64,000 nucleotides of DNA from Octopus sinensis. Lineage: Eukaryota. A program made the position numbers and the translations under genes. Shown in pieces: positions 25,555 through 37,965 of the stretch. The stretch is taken from positions 18,104,001 to 18,168,000 of the forward strand of contig NC_043008.1 in the NCBI RefSeq assembly GCF_006345805.1. Reading direction: 5' to 3'. The notes beneath the pieces were generated by a model. The model was not told where the DNA came from. It saw only the letters and a program-made list of their open reading frames with translations, and searched no databases. Each line of letters opens with the position of its first letter. Position 1 is the stretch's first letter.

Positions 25555-25890
25555 TATACATACTCTTTTACTCTTTTACTTGTTTCAGTCATTTGACTGC
25601 GGCCATGCTGGAGCACCGCCTTTAGTCGAGCAAATCGACCCCAGTAATTATTCTTTATAAGCCTAGTACTTATTCTATCGGTTTATTTTGCCGAACCGTT
25701 AAGTTACTGGGACATAAACACACCAGCATCGGTTGTCTAGTGATGTTGGAGGGACAAACAAAGACACACAAACTGTTTCCGTCTATAAAATCCACTCACA
25801 AGGCTTTGGTCGGCCAGAGGCTACTGTAGAAAACAATTGTCCATGTGGGTGGTCAGCGAGCTACTTACCACATAGCCACTACTGCGCCTA
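25555..25890 (-). mobile_element. SINE-B copy with internal deletions
   Basis: Tail TACTCTTTTACTTGTTTCAGTCATTTGACTGCGGCCATGCTGGAGCACCGCC and a degenerate head. Confidence 0.85.
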
Positions 25891-26029
25891 CGCCTATACC
25901 TCGCCAAAGCGATTCCTCCTCCAATCGGTAAAATTAGCCATATCTTTTTTATAACGTAGCTAGGTTCTAAAATAAGGGGATAAAAAATGAAGACCATACT
26001 GGCCGATGTTATTCTAGGTGAAAAGAATA

Positions 26030-26330
26030 AAGAACCCCCCTTCGATCTTGAGTGACTATAAGATTCCCATCCGAGGTGCAAGACCGGGAAGTAATGTTTA
26101 TGGAAGACCAACAGTCGCCCATGCGCACCAGTCTCCCCCCTCCACGCGACTGATGTTGCCCAAGGGAAAGGCAAAGGCCAATACAACTTATTTCTACACC
26201 TGAGTGGACTGAAGCAACGGGAAATAAAGTGTCTTGCTGAAAAAACACAAGACACAGCCCGGTCCGGGAATCGAACTCACTACCTCATTACTGTGAGCAT
26301 GACGCTCTAACCATTGAGCCATGGGACTTC
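26030..26330 (-). mobile_element. SINE-C-related copy with a different 3' half
   Basis: Minus strand TGGCTCAATGG A-box, GAGTTCGATTCCC B-box, CAGCAAGACACTTTATTTCCCGTTGCTTCAGTCCACTCAG core, tail ...ATAGTCACTCAAGATCGAAGG. Confidence 0.8.
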
Positions 26331-26397
26331 TAGATACATTATACTTTGAAAAAAGACGGGATGGTGACTGTATGACGAATTTTGATGGAATATCTAC

Positions 26398-26761
26398 ACT
26401 TTTACTTGTTTCAGTCATTTGACTGCAGCCATGCTGGAGCACCACCTTTAGTCAAGCAAATCGACCCCAGGACTTATTCTTTGCAAGCCTAGTACTTATT
26501 CTATCGGTTTTTTCTTGTTGCCGAAACGCTAAGTTACGGGTATATAAACACACCACCATCTGTTGTCAAGTGATGTTGGGGGGAGAAAAAGAAACACCCA
26601 AACATTTACACACTTATGCGTATATATATATATATATATATATGTAGGTCCCGGGTTGATTCGGGGTTAACCACAGTAAATAAGGTACTCAATACATAGC
26701 AGAGTAAAATTAATTTATTATATAGAAGCTCCTCTATATAATAATAATAATATATATATAT

Positions 26762-26823
<62 letters not shown>

Positions 26824-27040
26824 CATACACATATATATATATACATACACATATATATATATATATGCATACATACATATATACAACGGGTTTCTTTCAG
26901 TTTCCGTCTGCCAAATCCACTCACAAGGCTTTGGTCGGTCCGAGGCCATAGAAGACACTTGCCCAAGGTACCACACAATGGGAATGAACACGGAACCATG
27001 TGGTTCGTAAGCAAGCTACTTACCACACAGCCACTCCCGA
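26398..27040 (-). mobile_element. SINE-B copy with an expanded internal (TA)n tract
   Basis: Tail 26398-26610, microsatellite 26620-26885, head 26886-27040. Confidence 0.88.
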
Positions 27041-27363
27041 AGAGCAAAAACATGTACATTTTGTAACAATACGACTTATCAGAAAATGTGTGTTTCACTA
27101 ACACATAAAAGACTTTTATATGTAATACATAATTCACCAAATCAATGAAAAGCAATATGATTAACATTTAAAATTGTTTTCCGATTAACTTTAACAGAAC
27201 ACATTATTTTACAAGAATATAGGTCAAAGTCTCGGTTCGACCCCGCGCTATTTGATATGCATGTCCACGCATCTGACACACTCACCTGAGGAAATCTGCC
27301 ACGACTGTTAAATCCAATCGGTACTGCCATTTGTTCAATAGTTAATAAGTCAATGTGCGTGTT

Positions 27364-27415
<52 letters not shown>

Positions 27416-27515
27416 CACATGTAGAAGGTTGAAAAGGAACACACGAGTTGATATGTATAAGGAAAATAAGACAAGGTAGATAATGCTAAAATATTTTTAT
27501 CACGAAGAACATTTT

Positions 27516-27790
27516 AATACCAGTTTTAGTCGCTGTGACCTTTTTCAAGTAAAGCATGAAAAGCAATTAAATTGTGGAAAAATTAAATGAAATTTATTTT
27601 TTAAAAATAAATATATTTCCATAGTTTTCAAATGCAAGGGACATTTTTCTTTTTTCTGTTTGTCTCTGCCTCTGTTTTTTACTCTTGTGGGTTCCTAGTA
27701 GTTAGCAGCAGCTAGTTTGATATGAATTCTTGTCTTTAATTGTTTAGGCAGAAGTAGTAGTAGAGAAAGGAGATGGAAGAAGAAGAAGAA

Positions 27791-27825
<35 letters not shown>

Positions 27826-28659
27826 TAATAATAATAATGATGATAATACGACGGGAGTGGTATGCCAGTAACAGGATGTTGATGAAATCCACTTAAATGG
27901 TGACCTGAAACTGAATGGTAGTGATTGAAATTGTTTTGAATAAATTCCTGAGGTGACTGTTTTGAATATATCGCTTTTGGTATTTGCGTGGGTGTTATTC
28001 TAAGGCCTTGGTGACGGTGTCATTTGTTGTGGATGCATTCAAAAGAGGCTGGTCTTTTGTGATAAAGAATGACTCTTTATTAATACGCTGACTACAGGTT
28101 GTATCATCCCTGAATTGATAGAGAGGAAAGATTCTGAAGCTTGGTTGTTATTGGCGCAAATGTCGATGTGTTCGGTGAATGCTATTTTTCTGTTGAATGT
28201 TATTTTCTTCTTCTTTTTCTTCTTCTTCTCCTTCTTCTTCTTCTCCTTCCTCTTCTCCTTCCGCTCATCCTTCCACTTCTCCTTCTTCTTCGTGTTCTTC
28301 TTTTTCTTCTCCTCCTCCTCCTTCTTCGTTTTCTTCTTCTTCGTCTTCTTCTCTTTATCATCTCCCCCTCCTTCTCCCCCTTCTTCATTTTCTTCTCTGA
28401 CACCTCCTTTCTCTACTACTACTTCTGCTCAAACAATCAAAGACAAAAATTCATAACAAACTAGCTGCTGCTGACTACCAGTATCCCACAGGTGTAAAAA
28501 AAAAGAGACAGAGGCAGGCAGAAAAACGGAAAATGTCCCTTAAATTTGAAAACTATGGAAATATACATATTTAAAAAAAACATTTCATTCAATTTTTCCA
28601 CAATTTAATTGTTCTTCATCCTTCAAGTTGAACAAGTCGCAACGACTGAGAGCGGTACT
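27516..28659. mobile_element. Penelope-like element remnant with inverted terminal arrangement
   Basis: ~270-bp inverted repeats (27516-27790 vs 28390-28659) enclosing (AAT)n/(CTT)n tracts and a GIY-YIG-like C-terminal fragment. Confidence 0.6.
27995..28200 (-). pseudogene. C-terminus of a Penelope-type GIY-YIG endonuclease domain
   Basis: AFTEHIDICANN / frameshift / FRIFPLYQFRDDTTCSQRINKESFFITKDQPLLN matches the EH...F.I......R...E..FI....P.LN pattern. Confidence 0.55.
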
Positions 28660-28679
28660 AAAATGTATATATATATATA

Positions 28680-28880
28680 TACAGTTAATCCAAACATGAA
28701 AGTACAAAAACAAAAAACACAACCTGAGGACGTGGATCAAATATAGTATTATTGGACGCTCAGGAAAGAAGGAGGGTTTAACGTTTCGAGCGGAGCTCTT
28801 CGTCGGAAACATAGGAGAAGGAAAGATCCAGTGAAGGGAAGACAGAGGAAAAAAATCGCCAACGGTGCACACGCGGTCGT
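28680..28880 (-). mobile_element. Penelope-like terminal fragment of a second family
   Basis: Related to 21536-21735; carries a hammerhead motif. Confidence 0.6.
28776..28810 (-). ncRNA. Minimal type I hammerhead ribozyme motif
   Basis: GUUU-CCGACGA-A-GAGC(UCC)GCUC-GAAAC-GUU-AAAC: 4-bp stem I, 4-bp stem II, palindromic AACGUU stem III typical of dimer-forming PLE hammerheads; U4 is replaced by C. Confidence 0.65.
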
Positions 28881-31007
28881 GATCGTTAACTGATACTTTG
28901 TCGCTTGTCCAACGTAGTTAATTTCCTCAGAAACATAAGATACATATGGTAGGTCTTCCTAATCTTTAGCAAAACTGAGACAGCAATCAGTTTTCTGTCA
29001 ATCGATACAAGATGTGTGATGCAGATACGATTTCACGTTTTTCTTGTCGACTTTGAAGTGAATTAATCTCATCAGGCTTGAATATATTTCATATGATATT
29101 CTCACTCTGCTCCTCCACTGACAACATGATTACTTGAAGGTTATATTTGTTAAACCAAACGTCTATGGTAGCTATATGACTTGTAAAATTATTAGTGGGT
29201 AACGAGAAATTAAGTACCCTACTGAAGGATAGTAAGCGCAGTCTGGCTAAGGAATTCAACTGACGATTTATGGTAATTTGTCGACTTTCCCTAACCACTA
29301 CTCGCGTCTTCACCTACTACAGAAAAAGAGGTATAAAATCTTATTTAATATTTATATAAACCAGATTATAACCATGGAAAAATCACAGCTTTTAGTGACA
29401 ATACTTATCAGATATCACTTGCTGATCGAAGTTTCAATTAAGTACTGAGTATAGCAGATTTTTCAACATGAGGGTTCTGAAAAACAGGTATATGATCTGC
29501 GAGTGATAGCAGCAATTTCCCTTAAAATTATACTTGAACTTTTGGAAATTACATCCAGTTCAACGTTATTTTGTAGCACAAAAAGGGACCAACTCAGTCA
29601 TATTTCTCTTAAACCACGAGCTAACATTTTAAGCAAAAATAAAAATAGAAAGTACGCTTTGGACAACGTAGTCAGAGTTACAATATGCAGGGAAATAATA
29701 TATAATGCTATGCTGGGTACTCTAGTCCTGAAGCAAAAACGGACTGGTGAGCTTGGTACGGCATCGATAAAAATTCTGTTCGATCGGATGTTCTTAACGA
29801 CTGAATAAAAATACAAATGAACCTTAGTGGAATTTTTAGGGCCATATTGAGATTGATCCCATTCGTGGAAGCAAGCAAGTGAAAGATATTGAGCAGAATT
29901 TTACGCACTTCGTGTATTCTTAAGGTGTGGCTATGTACTCCAAGAAATTACTGTAAATATTAATGAAAGGGAAAATATACGATCGTATATATTAACAAAA
30001 ATCATTAAACAGACAAGGATTCACTGGATTTAACAATTTTGAAATATGTTATTCTGATAAATATTCCCTTAATGTTTGTCCGTATTCATGTTTCATATTT
30101 AAATTGTCAAAACATTGTGACTGTTCTTCGTAAATTTCTTCTATCCAAGCGAAAAACATAAATTTCTGTAATGATTAGTTTCGAGATATTTGCAGGAATC
30201 TAAAAAGTAAAATTTTACTTTTCAAAAGAAAAAAATTAACATAATTGATTCCTCTTTGGGATTTTCTATGAAAAATTAAGTTTCCTGTTGACGATCCAGC
30301 GTAAAGAAAAGCCTTCTGTTCGTTTTTGTCCTAATACTATTCAATCTTGAATCATTGAATCATTTTTATCTGAAAATAGTGTTTGCCATTATTATAAAAC
30401 TGACAGGGATCCATAAAAGATAAGAATATTTGATAAATGGAAATGTTGAATAGATCTCATCCATTCAATTTAAATTACCATATGCATTTCAAAAAATAGG
30501 AATTATACTTACTTGATGGATGTAACATACACCCGGCGAATCAATAAGAAAAAATATAGAAGAATTTTCAAATGCAATAATCAGTTAAAATACAATGGAA
30601 ATATATTATGTGTTCAGAGAATTTGCAGAAATGAAAGCAGTTTTGCATATCTCCGTACGGAGCTGTAATATTGCTGGTCTTGAATTTGTTTCAAGAGCCA
30701 ATTGAATCTATCTACTGCATTACATCTTTATACAGAGAACGAAACAAAAGAGAGAGAAAGAAATAAAAGTACGTGTCCGTCTTTCTGAGTAAAGAACGGA
30801 GACGTTAAGTAACAGTGTTTTTTAAAAAAATATGTAAAATAGTAAAATGTCGGCTGAAATACAATTTAGTACTTCCCTTCGTCTCCCTGCATTCTGATTC
30901 TCATTACCCCTGGAGTCAATAATAAGTCTCTTTTGTCAATGAGCTATATAATACTAACTCAAATGACTCAACTGGAAATTAATTGAATATATGGTATTTC
31001 AGGGGGG

Positions 31008-31793
31008 TGGGGGCGAGCTGGCAGAAACGTTAGCGCGCCGGGCGAAATGCTTACCGGTATTTCGTCTGCCGCTACGTTCTGAGTTCAAATTCCGCCGAGG
31101 TCGACTTTGCCTTTCATCCTTTCGGGGTCGATTAAATAAGTAGCAGTTACGATCTGGGGTCGAGATAAATCGAATTAATCCGTTTGTCTGTCCTTGTTTG
31201 TCCCCTCTATGTTTAGCCCCTTGTGTGCACTAAAGAAATAGGTATTTTGTCTGCCTCTACGTTCCGAGTTCAAATTCCGCCGAGGTCGACTTTGCCTTTC
31301 ATCCTTTCGGGGTCGATTAAATAAGTACCAGTTACACACTGGGGTCGATATAATCGACTTAATCCGTTTGTCTGTCCTTGTTTGTCATCCCTGTGTTTAG
31401 CCCATTGTGGGTAGTAAAGAAATAGGTATTTCGTCTGCCGCTACGTTCTGAGTTCAAATTCCGCCGAGGTCGTCTTTGCCTTTCATCCTTCCGGTGTCGA
31501 TTAAATAAGTACCAGTTACACACTGGGGTCGATATAATCGACTTAATCCGTTTGTCTTTCCTTGTTTGTCATCCCTGTGTTTAGCCCCTTGTGGGTAGTA
31601 AAGAAATAGGTATTTCGTCTGCCGCTACATTCTGAGTTCCAATTCCGCCGAGGTCGACTTTGCCTTTCATACTTTCGGGGTCAATTAAATAAGTACCAGT
31701 TACGATCTGGGGTCGACATAAATCGACTTAACCCGTTTGTCTGACCTTGTTTGTCATCTGTGTTTTTAGCCCCTGGTGGGTAGTAAAGAAATA
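31008..31793 (+). mobile_element. SINE-A array: one head plus four 184-185-bp units
   Basis: Units start at 31056, 31241, 31425 and 31609; 15-bp target duplication GGTATTTCAGGGGGG at 30993-31007 and 31794-31808. Confidence 0.95.
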
Positions 31794-32760
31794 GGTATTT
31801 CAGGGGGGAATTTTCTGCAGTCATTGTATTTCAGATAAGTATAAATAAGATGATTCACATTGCGAAAGATTATGAAATAATTAATGAGTTTGCAGTATCG
31901 TTTTCATTCTCATAAAGCCATTTTATAAATCACTTCTAGAAAAGTTTGAAATTTACAGAAATCTAGCCTTTCTAACTGTATGCCAAAGAAACCCATCAAT
32001 GTTTAATTGAAATCTAAGTCTTTAATTAAGTATTCTTTTAAGTATTGTGGTCGCGATGAACAATAATTACATGGATGTAAACGGTAGAGTAATATGCCAA
32101 GTTGTCAAAGATTTAGATTTACGAGTCTCACTTCAATGTCTGTCTGTTTTCATTCCACTCACTGCGCTAAAAACATGCGGATATGAAGAGTGCTTTCCAT
32201 GTTTTGTTTTTCGTTCATAATTTTCACAAATCTATAGTTACATTTTGATACTGGTTGATAAGCAGATAATGCAGATAACTAAAATACTGGTTGTGCGTCC
32301 TACGAGCGAGACGCAATGTACTGTATTTAAGTCGTTCTCTTAAAAAGCTCCTGTTTTAGCGCTCGATCCCTCTACGCGACCCCTATGAAATTTTGCTCAC
32401 AGAAACCATATGAATTCGTTGCGCTTACATATATGCAAATGAACACGTGCACAAGCACACACACATGCACAAACACACGCACTCATATACACACACACAC
32501 CACACACATATAAATATGGATATACAGATGTATATATGTATGTATGTATATATATATATACACACACATACATAAATGTATATTTATATATACACATATA
32601 TATGTATATATATGTGTGTGTGTGGTTTTTGCTGCTATATCCAGCGTGGAGGTATCTCTTAGATACCATAAATTATAATTTTGTGATACACATATATATT
32701 ATATATATATATATAAAGGATTTATGTTCAATCTTCGTTCAACTCCATTTCTTCAATTCA

Positions 32761-32806
<46 letters not shown>

Positions 32807-33011
32807 AACATACATACACACGCATAAATGAATGTATGTATGTATGTACATATGACACATTCGCATGTATATGCATGCATATACATATAATTGGAAACAC
32901 ACATACATATTTATAAATATATGTATGTTTATGTATATGAATCTCTCTATATATAATTACACACCTGACACACACATACACATATATATATATACATGTA
33001 TACATATGCAG

Positions 33012-33253
<242 letters not shown>

Positions 33254-35009
33254 CAGCTAAGCAAATAGACATGTGCCGTGCTGCATCAGTGTTTATTCTG
33301 TGTTTATCTGCCGTTTGATATCCAACTTGGCGCGGATAATATCTCATTAAAACACGAGTCATTAAACAATTATGCAATCTAAATCTAGTCTGATAGCTTA
33401 AGAAGCAACCCCGCCAAGAAGCATCTGCACAATACATTCAATCGAGATATTTAATAATTTGCAAACATTCATTAACGATTTGATATATTGAATCATACGA
33501 AAATAATTACAGATATATAATGATGTAGCAAGCAACGAATGATATATCACTATTTATTCTGTTAAGTCTTTTAATGCTTTCATTCATAAGACTTAAGCCA
33601 TACAGAGCAATTGCTTTCCTGTCTTTTAGATAATTATATCCATACGGATACTTCATGAATTCATTTTATAAATCTCTGTTTAGCAGTTCAAATTCGCTAC
33701 AAACATTGGTTATACTTTGAGCGGATTTTTAGCATCGAATGTCATAGGAAGTGACAAGCAAACTCACACAAACACACACATGCAAATATACACAGGCAAA
33801 TGCAAGCAAAAAAGAAAAACAACATATACACGCGAAAAGATCGGCCGGATTCTTTTATACAATAATGCAAATATCTCCTCGGGAAACTCGCTTTGTGGCC
33901 ATCTGGTTTCCGATTCATTCTTATTGTGCGTCATCATTGACAAGTGTCTTCGACTATACCACCGTTCCGACCAATGCCATTGCGTAAGACTGATGGTTTA
34001 AAGCTCTCTTCAGCCGCATGCAATTGCTATACCAAAGACCTGTATCACATTATGAAAAGTCCGAAAAAGGAACATTTGGTATTATCTATAATGGTAGGTA
34101 TATTGAGTTTCACTGAGAAAGTATGTTTGTAAATCTTCATAATCAAATAGGTGTGCAGGATATTATTGGACTTCGAAAATCCGTCCATACTGTATCATCA
34201 GTCAATATAGAGAGAATGCTGAGTAGATTCCAGTCGTTCATTCCTCTTGTAAGGAAAGGAAATAAGGAGAATTTAAGGTTGAAAAAAAAGAGAAAGAAAA
34301 GGAAAAAGAAGAATAGAGGGGAAGAGAAGGAAACGGTAATAATGTTGGGATCATAAGTAAAAGTAAAATTAAGAAGAGTAAGTAGTGGGGGCGTTTGGCT
34401 CGACTAAGCCCTTGAAGCCCTGCTGAGCCGTAGTTCAATACCTGAAACAATTAAAAATATAAAAGAGGGCTACAGTCGATTCATCTGACCGTATTAGAAA
34501 TTGTCTTGAAATAAAATGGAATTTGTTTTCCCTGCCCACCAACGTTCGCACACCGTTGTATGTAGGTGCCCAAGCATGCCTTTCAAACCATCCGTTGTTA
34601 CACCTCTCTCGGTCTCTTTCAATCTTCTTTCTTTCTCACTCACCCCTCCATCTCAACCACTTCTTCATTCCTCGACCATATTATACAAATACAAACGGAA
34701 TGGACAGTTGCTACTTTACTATTTACATGCCAGGCAATGACAATTGAAAGGAATATTGCTGTAATAGTATTAAGAATATCGTTACTTCATTCTGAGTATT
34801 TGGAGATTTATATTTTGTATTTTGTTTTTATCAAGATTTTACAAACTCGCAAATCTGATCTAATGTCCGCATGTCTCCAGTAAAATATAAAAAGAAGACA
34901 AAACAAGAAATCCTAATTCATTCAGCTGTGTCTTATGATTGTTAATGTAGCTTTCCACACTGAATGTTCTTTAACACAAAACCGATCGGTTACAAGTTTG
35001 TAATATGAT

Positions 35010-35225
35010 CATTTCCAGATTAGGAACAAGAACAAGACCTGCAATTACGTGAGGTAGTGTAGTCGATTGCATAGGCCCTAGTTTCCGGTTGGTATTTATT
35101 TTATCGATCCCGAAAGGATGAAAGGCAAAGTCGACCTCGGCGGAATTTGATCTCAGAACGTACCGGCAGACGAAATACCGCTAAGCATTTCGCCCGGCGT
35201 GCTAACGTTTCTGCCACCTCGCCAC
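35010..35225 (-). mobile_element. SINE-A with the alternative tail
   Basis: Head and core match SINE-A; tail reads ...AATTGCAGGTCTTGTTC...GAAATG. Confidence 0.8.
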
Positions 35226-36388
35226 GTTAATATTGCATATATTATATACTCCCTCTATCACTGTCTTTTCTGCCTAATGAAGCTGTACTGCACAAACAAA
35301 CACTCACACACGTACACATACATTGTCTTGCACACACACACACATTGACAAATAGTCTGGATGGAGAACATTCTGGCAGTTACCTTTTTAGCATCTCCAC
35401 GTATATCAGGCTATCAAGGTACTCCGAAAGATTACATAAGCATTCGCAATCAATCAACAGGTCAATATAACTGCTCTGGCAATGTTAAACAGTAATGGCA
35501 TCCATTGCTAAATAAATCCATTTCTGTAGCAATGAACCAATTGTAATATATTATGCGGTGTATCACATACTAAAGAAACAAGAATAGGCAGATCAAAATA
35601 TTGCTTCCTTCGTTTCAATAGTGTGGTCATTTATTCACCAGTGGCATTGCATAATTTTAGCATTGTTGCACAACCGCTACGTTTCAGGCAGATCCAACCA
35701 TTCATCGGCGAGATATGATCAAACTATGAAGAGAAATACATCTGTAGATAACAACGTATCGGAACCGAGAAGATAAGTTATAACAACTCTTCAAAGGAAG
35801 AGGGAATTTAGAATTAGATCCCACGAAATCAAACAATTTGCAAAGGTAAGTTGGTAAATACAGATATGACGAAGAGGTAGGATGTGATATGCATCTGTGT
35901 AGTATGGATTTCTATTTTCTGTTTGAACTAAAACAATTTGTGATATAGTGAGTATAACTTTTCTATTTTATATTATGTTGATCTGTCTAATTCTGCCAAT
36001 CGCTACAGCCTCTTGTCTAGGTCAAAAGTTATACTAACACTAGCAAAGGAAGTTTATTTGTGATTTCGTTAACCTTATGCTTATTGCTGCAACTTTCTGT
36101 GTTGTTGCTGCCATTATGTTTATTATCAATGTGATGGGAGTGATTTTATTGTATCTACGATACTGTGTTGCTTCAGAGGTGGAAGCAGAAGCAATACATT
36201 CTACCCTACCGCTTTTGATCCTATGGATGGCATTGGTGTTAGTCCCGCTTTTATCTCGACCCAACCCCGTATTTTTCAACGAATATTTCCACCTAATTAC
36301 TAAAAATGTTTAGTGATGCTTTTTGATAACACCTATTGGTACTGATATTGCATTGATCCATGCATAGACTTTACAGGTAATATAATGT

Positions 36389-36621
36389 AAGGCGGTGAGC
36401 TGGCAGGAACGTTAGCACGCCGGGCGAAATGCTTAGCGGTATTTCGTCTATCGTTACGTTCCGAGTTCAAATTCCGCCGAGGTTGACTTTGCTTTTCATC
36501 CTTTCGGGGGTCGATAAATTGAGTACCAGTTATGCACTGAGGTCGATATAATCGACTTAATCCCTTTGTTTGTCCTTGTTTGTCCCCTCTATGTTTAGCC
36601 CCTTGTGGGCAATAAAGAAAT
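36389..36621 (+). mobile_element. SINE-A monomer with target-site duplication
   Basis: 14-bp TSD AGGTAATATAATGT at 36375-36388 and 36622-36635. Confidence 0.93.
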
Positions 36622-37965
36622 AGGTAATATAATGTTCTCTCACTTAGCTTTGTCCGCGGTTACTATTCTAATGAAAAGCCACTGTCTCTAATCGAAGTCA
36701 ACTCCTGTGCTGAAAATGGTCATTTGTTAGTTAAGGTATTCAATAATATATTGGAAACCCCCTGTAAGCGGTTTGTAAAAAATATATTGCCCTTTGGAAT
36801 GTATCTCGACGTAATAATCGCTTCTTTATGGTTTTCATATAATTATATTTAGAGTAATACTCCTAGCTCCCTGCAGGCATATTTCCCTATTCCATCGTTC
36901 CTTTTTTAATTTTTTTTTCCTTAAGCAATCATTTCGGTTTCCAAACTGATGCATGTACATGCAGGTATATAGTTGCTTGTTTGTATCTCATTTCTGTTCA
37001 TTACTGACGTTAAATTGGCTGATTCGATTGATGGTTGCCCCACATCCGCTGACACCAGTGTTCTAGGAGTTATTACATGCGTGTAGTAGTGCCATTATGT
37101 ATTTTCTCGTCATTTCTCATGTAAGAATTGCTGCTTTTATTGCTGTTAATATTGGGTTTATTGCTGTTATTTAGTTAATTATTAAGAATACATAAAATAT
37201 CACCGGTTTATTTCCCTTACTTTCAAGGAATTAATCGGTTACCCCGTCTCATGAGAATCATTTCCTAAAGTCATCACCACAGCCTCGTGAAAATAATTGT
37301 ATCCGGCAAAGTCAAAAGCAAAACTAACAAAATCCCTTCATTGATAGGAGTAACATATGTGACAATTAAGTATTCCCCTCTCACTCTTTTAATCTTACTA
37401 CTCGCAAGAACAATTAATACAGTGGCAAGGGAACGGTTAATAGCTGAAACGATTATAAGGTGTGTAAAATATAAACGGCAATGCTAGTTCATATATGAAT
37501 GGAAATAACTCGAGAAATACACACACAGCTTTAACAGGGAGATCATGTATTTCTGCAAAATGTGTTGTCTTCTAACTCAATATAATTGCACTTCTACTAA
37601 TTTTGGAAAATACGATGCATTCAGTTTTGGTTAAAAAAATTTTGATTCCAGAAGAATGTACGCTACCAGAAAATGTCAATAAGGCAAACACAAATCGGGC
37701 CTTAAAAACAATTAAAGAGAGGAACATTAACGATTTCTTAATTATATTAAATTTCTTGTTTATCGTTAACACAGCTTTTCGACTGACACACCCTCCAGCC
37801 TTCATCAAGTGTGTTGGGGAAATTTGGAATTTAGGTTCTCATTCCGAAGGTATTTTTCGATGTTGTTGTTGTTGTTGTTGTTATTATCATTAGATTATTA
37901 TTATTATTTTGGTTACTGCCTTGAGTCGAACTCGGAATCTTGGGATTAGTAGCCCGCACTCTTAA

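Noticed and set aside
28200-28403. Poly-Arg/Ser/Leu ORFs
   Set aside because: Translations of the (CTT)n/(CCT)n tract.
31008-31793. CRISPR-like regular array
   Set aside because: Units are near-identical along their whole 184 bp with no unique spacers, carry Pol III SINE boxes and are flanked by a TSD; the context is eukaryotic.
37290-37440. Bacterial LivM-like permease motif (RVRGEYL) suggesting horizontal transfer
   Set aside because: A seven-residue resemblance only, with stops on both sides and no bacterial gene context.
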